From positions 434,001-498,000 of the forward strand of contig JABVCE010000010.1 of the NCBI GenBank assembly GCA_014905635.1: a stretch of DNA of 64,000 bases, written 5' to 3'. A program made the position numbers and the translations under genes. Under the pieces are notes generated by a model. It had not been told where the DNA came from, searched no databases, and worked only from the letters and a program-made list of their open reading frames with translations. Source of the stretch: Scenedesmus sp. PABB004. Taxonomy: Eukaryota. This document shows positions 59,675-64,000 of the stretch, piece after piece. Position 1 is the first letter of the stretch. Each line of letters opens with the position of its first letter.

Positions 59675-61711
59675 TCACGGCAGGTCGGGGCGGTCGACCA
59701 TCTCAGGCGCCTCGCCGGCGATGGGCGCGGCGGCGGCCGCCTCGTCGGCCGCGTCGGCGGCGGCCAGCTGGCCCAGCAGGCCGTGCAGGGCGGCCCGGCT
59801 CGCGTACCAGCCGCGCCCGTAGCTCGCGGACGCGCCGCGCAGCGCGTCGGCGCCGCCGGGCAGCGCGCGCAGCGCGGCAAAGTGCGCGGCGCCGGCGTTC
59901 GCGAGGCTGTGCAGCGCGGTGATGGCCGCCTCCTTGGCGGGCGTGCGCGGCAGGGGGCTGCCGCAGGCGAGCTGCACCAGCACGGCGGCCGCGCCGGCGT
60001 CGGCCAGCTGCGCGCTGCACGCCTCGCTGCCGCCGAGCGCCGACACGACGGCGAGCAGGTGCAGCTGCTGCGCGGCGGAGCTCGGCTGGCACAGCAGCTC
60101 GACGACCGTCGCTACGCCGCCGCACTCGCTGCGGGCGCGCCGGACGGCGGCAGGCGGCGCGGGCACCGCGTGAGGCCGCCGCGGCGTCCGCCGCGCGAGG
60201 CCGCCGGCTGCGCTGGCCCCTCCTTGCTTTCTCCGCCCCTCCCGGCGCGCCGCCGCACCTGATGGCCGCCTGCGCCGCGGCGCTGGGCGCCAGGCGCGCG
60301 AGCATCTCGCCGCATGCGCCGCTCACGCCAGCGTCGGCGTGCCGCAGTCCGTGCACGAGCAGCGGCACGCCGCCGCCGCCGACGAGCGCGGCCTGGGCCT
60401 CCGTGTCGCGCAGCAGCTCCGCGAGCGCGCGCACGACGGCGCACAGCGCGCCGTCGTCGTCGAGCTGCTTGGCCAGCAGGCGCAGCAGCGCGTCGACGCC
60501 GCCGAGGCGCACAAACGCGCGCCGGAAGCGCGGGCTCGCCGCCGCGCGCTCGGCGACCCTCTCTGCCGCGCCCAGGCAGCCCGCGCCGAGCGCGAGCGCC
60601 GCCTCCTCGAGCTGCGCCAGCAGCACGGACGGGCGCAGGCCACGCAGCGCGAGCAGGCGCGCCGCGCCGCGGCCGGCCGCCCACGCGGCGCCCAGCAGCG
60701 CGGCGGGGCGGGCGAAGCGCCCGCACACCATGCGCGTCGCCAGCAGGGGCGCGTACGCGAGGCCTGGCGGCGGCGGCGGTGGCGGCGCGGGCGGGGGTCG
60801 CGCCGGGCCCTGCACGGCCGCGGCTGCGGCGCGGCGCGGGCGCCGCGCGCACCTGCCACCGTGCCGGCAAAGGAGGAGCTGACGGTTGTGGCCATGGCCT
60901 TGGCCAGGTGCTGGCTGGTCAGGCAGTAGTTGTGCTCAGACGCTGGCGAGGGGCGGAGCGGGCAGAGGGGCGCCGCGTCGGCGCGGGACGGCGCGGCACG
61001 GCGCAGCAGCGGCTCGCGCTGCGTGCCGCGCTGCGCCGCCGTGCCGCGCCGCCGCACCGCGCTTGAGCTCCACCACGGCCACGGCGATGCCCATCACGCC
61101 GCTGCTGGCCGCCGACAGTAGCAGCGCGAGCTCGCCCGCGCCGCGCAGCACGCCGGCGACGGCGTTGGGCGCGTCGGCGGGCCTGCGCGCGTCGGGCACG
61201 CGTCGGGCGCGCGCGTTGAGCCGGGCGCCCGAGCGCGGCGGCGGCGCGCGTTGAGCCGGGCGCCCGAGCGCGGCGGCGGCGCGTCGCTAGCAGCGACGGC
61301 GGGCGCGGCAGCAGCGGCCCCGGGCGCGCTCACTGCGCGGGCATCTCCCACAGGATGTTGCCGTCGGGCTTGACCACCAGCTTGCTCGGGTTCTGCGGTT
61401 CGGCGGCGTGGCGGCGTGGCGCTGGGCGCGGCGCGCACGCGCGCGGCCCGCCTGCCCCTCGCTGTCACACGCGGATGCAACCTGCGCGGCGCCAGCCCCA
61501 CCTTGCTGTCCATGACCAGCGGCCCGCCGGCCTCGCCCGTGCTGGCCTCGCTCGACGCGCCGCTGCTGCTGCGGCGCAGCAGCACGGCGGAGCGCGCGTG
61601 CGGCGGCGAGCCCGCCGCGTCGCCAGAGGCGCCGTGCTTTGCCTTGGGGGCGAGCGCCGCGTCGGGGCGCGCCGGCGCTGGCGGGCCGTGCAGTGGCGCG
61701 CGCGCGGCCAT
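59675..61711 (-). CDS. Armadillo-repeat protein
   Basis: FVRLGGVDALLRLL, LVGGGGVPLLVHGL, ECGGVATVVELL, LADAGAAAVLVQL; N-terminal exons uncertain. Confidence 0.75.
61209..61283. repeat. 36-bp tandem duplication, probably intronic
   Basis: GCGCGTTGAGCCGGGCGCCCGAGCGCGGCGGCGGC x2. Confidence 0.85.
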
Positions 61712-62517
61712 GTCGGCGGAGGGCGGGCGGGGGGCGCCTGCGGGCGCGGGCGGGCGCGGGCGGGTGAGCGGTGGAGGCGGCGGCGCGCCCGAGGCGGGCG
61801 GCGGTGCTGACGACGGCGGCGCCAGCGCGTCCGACCGCGCCGCCGGGCCGCCATGGCGCTGCGGGGGCGCGCATGCGTGGCCGGCGGCGCGATCCGGGGC
61901 GTCCCCGGCGCCCGCCGGGCACGCGGCGCCCGGTCTGGCTGGGCGGGCGCGGGCCCGCGCGCATCTGGTTGGGCAAATACGCGCCCGCCCCGCGCCCGCG
62001 GGCCGCCCGGGCAGGCCCCCGCGACCGATCGCCAGGCTGCCGGCTCAAGAACGTGCCGCGGCGAGGCCAGGGCTCGCCGTGCTCGCCGGGCGGGCTGCTC
62101 TGCGCCCGCGAGCTCAACAACCCCCCCCGATCGGCGCCCGCCGCCACGCCGGCCGCTGCCACGGCCCACCCGACAGCTCGGCCGGCCTCCCACGCCCGCG
62201 CCGCGCCCACCTGTGGCGGAAGCGGGCTCTCGTGCGCGCCGGGCGAGCGCGGGCTCTCGCGCTGCTCTGGCTGAGCGGGCAGGGCGGCAGGGGCTCGGGC
62301 AGGACTGGAGCGGGAGCGGGGGAGGGCGTGGGCAGCGCATGCGCGCCGCGTCCGCCGCCGCCGCGCAGAGCCCTGCCGAGGCGCCGCCAAGTGATTTAAT
62401 GCGGGCCCGCCCCTTTGTGCACACATCTCCCCGCCCCGCCCCCCCGTCAGAACCAGCCCTCCCCGGCGACCCAGGCCTCGAGCGCCGCCGGTCGCGCCGG
62501 CCGGGCGGCGGCGCGCG

Positions 62518-63858
62518 TCAAAAAAACTTGGACAGCGTCGTCTTGGCGCCCGCGCGCCCGCTCGCGCGCAGGTCCTCGTTCGTGTTGCGCAGGAGCCAGC
62601 TGAACTCGGCGTAGTCAATGAGGCCGTCGCCGTTGGTGTCGGCGGCCTCGAGCAGGGCCTTGGCGTCGTCGTAGATGCCAAAGCGACGCAGCGCGTCGCT
62701 CAGCTCCTCGCTCGTGATCGTGCCGCTGCCGTCGCGGTCGAGCTGCTTGAACGCCTGCGCGGCGGGGCAGGGCGGGCGGGCGGGGCAGACGCGGGGGGGG
62801 GGGTGCGTGTGAGTGAGTGTGCGTGCCGTGTCGGGTGGTGTGCTGCGGGGGGTGGGAGCGGAGAGCGGGGCCGGCGCGCCGCCTCCCACACAGAGCGCGC
62901 CGCGCAGCGCCGGCCGCGCCTCGCCTTTTGCAGCAGCTCCTCCTTCTCCAGCTTGCTGAGGTGCATCGTCGCGGCGACAAACTCGTTGTAGTCGATCAGG
63001 CCGTCCCCGTCGACGTCCGCGATCGCCATCACGCTCTGCAGCTCAACCTGCGGCGCGGCGTGTGTGCGCGGAGCGGGCGGCAGGTGCGGCGGCGGGGTGG
63101 GCGGCGTGGGCGCGGCGGCGCAGCGCCCCCCCCCCCCCCCCCCCCCCCCGCGGCGCGGCGTGTGGCGTGTGGCGGCGGCGCGCGTGCTTACGTCGCTGAT
63201 TTTGTGGCCCCAGTTGAGCAGCGCGCGCTTCATCTCCTCGACCGTGATGGTGCCGCTGCCGTCGGTGTCGATCGACTTGAACAGCGCCTGCATGCCTGCG
63301 CGCCGCGCCGCGCCGCGCCGCGGGCGGGGGCGGGGCGGGGGGCGGGGGCGCGGCGGCGGCGGGCGTGGGTGCCGCGCGGCGCGCGTGCCCTGCGCCGCCC
63401 CGCCGCCCCGCCCGACACACGCGCCCGCACCCACGCCACACCCACGCACCTGTGAGCTCGTCGGGCGAGAGGTTTTGGCCGACGACCATCATGGCCATCT
63501 TTTTGAGCCGCGTCATCCCCGCAAACGCGCGCATGCGGCGCAGCACGACGCTGTCCATCTCGGTGCCCGGCGCGGCGCCCTCCTTGACCAGCCAGTCGTG
63601 GCGCAGGATCTGGCAGGGCGCGGCGGGGCGTGTGCGCGTGGGGCGTGCGTGCGTGTGAGTGTGCGCGAGGGCGGGCGGGCGGGCGCGCGAGAGGCGAGGG
63701 GGTGCCGTGCAGCGGCGCGCGGCGGCGGTGCGGCGCGCCTGCTCCGCGGTCGCGCGCTTGGTGGGGTCCATCTCCAGCAGCCGCCGCACGCAGTCCTTGG
63801 CCGCGTCGCTGATGGAGGGCCACGGCTCGCTCTTGAAGTCGATCGCGCCCTTCAGCAC
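62518..63858 (-). CDS. Calcium-dependent protein kinase (CDPK), 3' part; 5' end outside window
   Basis: EPWPSISDAAKDCVRRLL, junction MRAFAGMTRLKKMA, four EF-hands (DTDGSGTIT, DVDGDGLIDYNEF, DRDGSGTIT, DTNGDGLIDYAEF). Confidence 0.93.
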
Positions 63859-64000
63859 CTGGCCGCGCGCGGGCACGGCGCGCGAGCGGCGTGCGCGCGT
63901 GGGCGCCGCCCCCGCGCGCCACACGCCCGTCGGCAGGCCCCCCGCGCCGCGCCGCGCGCCGCCCCTGCCCGCGGCGCCGGGGCCCGCCCTCGCGCGCGAT

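Noticed and set aside
1..64000. Hundreds of long Arg/Ala/Gly/Pro-rich six-frame ORFs (e.g. 747-3428-, 29793-32963-, 44564-47833-)
   Set aside because: Stop-codon scarcity at very high GC; they are shadows of spliced genes or introns with no motifs

Overview
Very GC-rich, intron-dense eukaryotic DNA, most consistent with a green alga (Sphaeropleales/Selenastraceae-like; inferred from composition, TGTAA poly(A) signal, PsbP-domain and BKT genes). About 20 spliced genes can be reconstructed: kinesin, SPATA20/YyaL, VPS45, Myb-like, PPD5-like, TAF15/FET, NIT2, cyclin, a disrupted beta-carotene ketolase, a small membrane protein, RPC7, DEL/E2F, MCPH1-like BRCT, an unknown membrane protein, Kazal inhibitor, GONST transporter, FSA-type transaldolase, endosulfine, ARM protein and CDPK. 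The standout is a ~4 kb gene-free interval (15.5-19.4 kb) holding about 16 unrelated long hairpins whose G:U pairs mostly point to the + strand. This is a candidate polycistronic miRNA/small-RNA precursor cluster. Also notable: a possible Argonaute N-terminal remnant, many GC-AG introns (AG|GCGCG), a rearranged tandem segmental duplication (37.4-39.8 kb), and several likely assembly homopolymer frameshifts. All calls are by eye; CDS coordinates are gene spans including introns.
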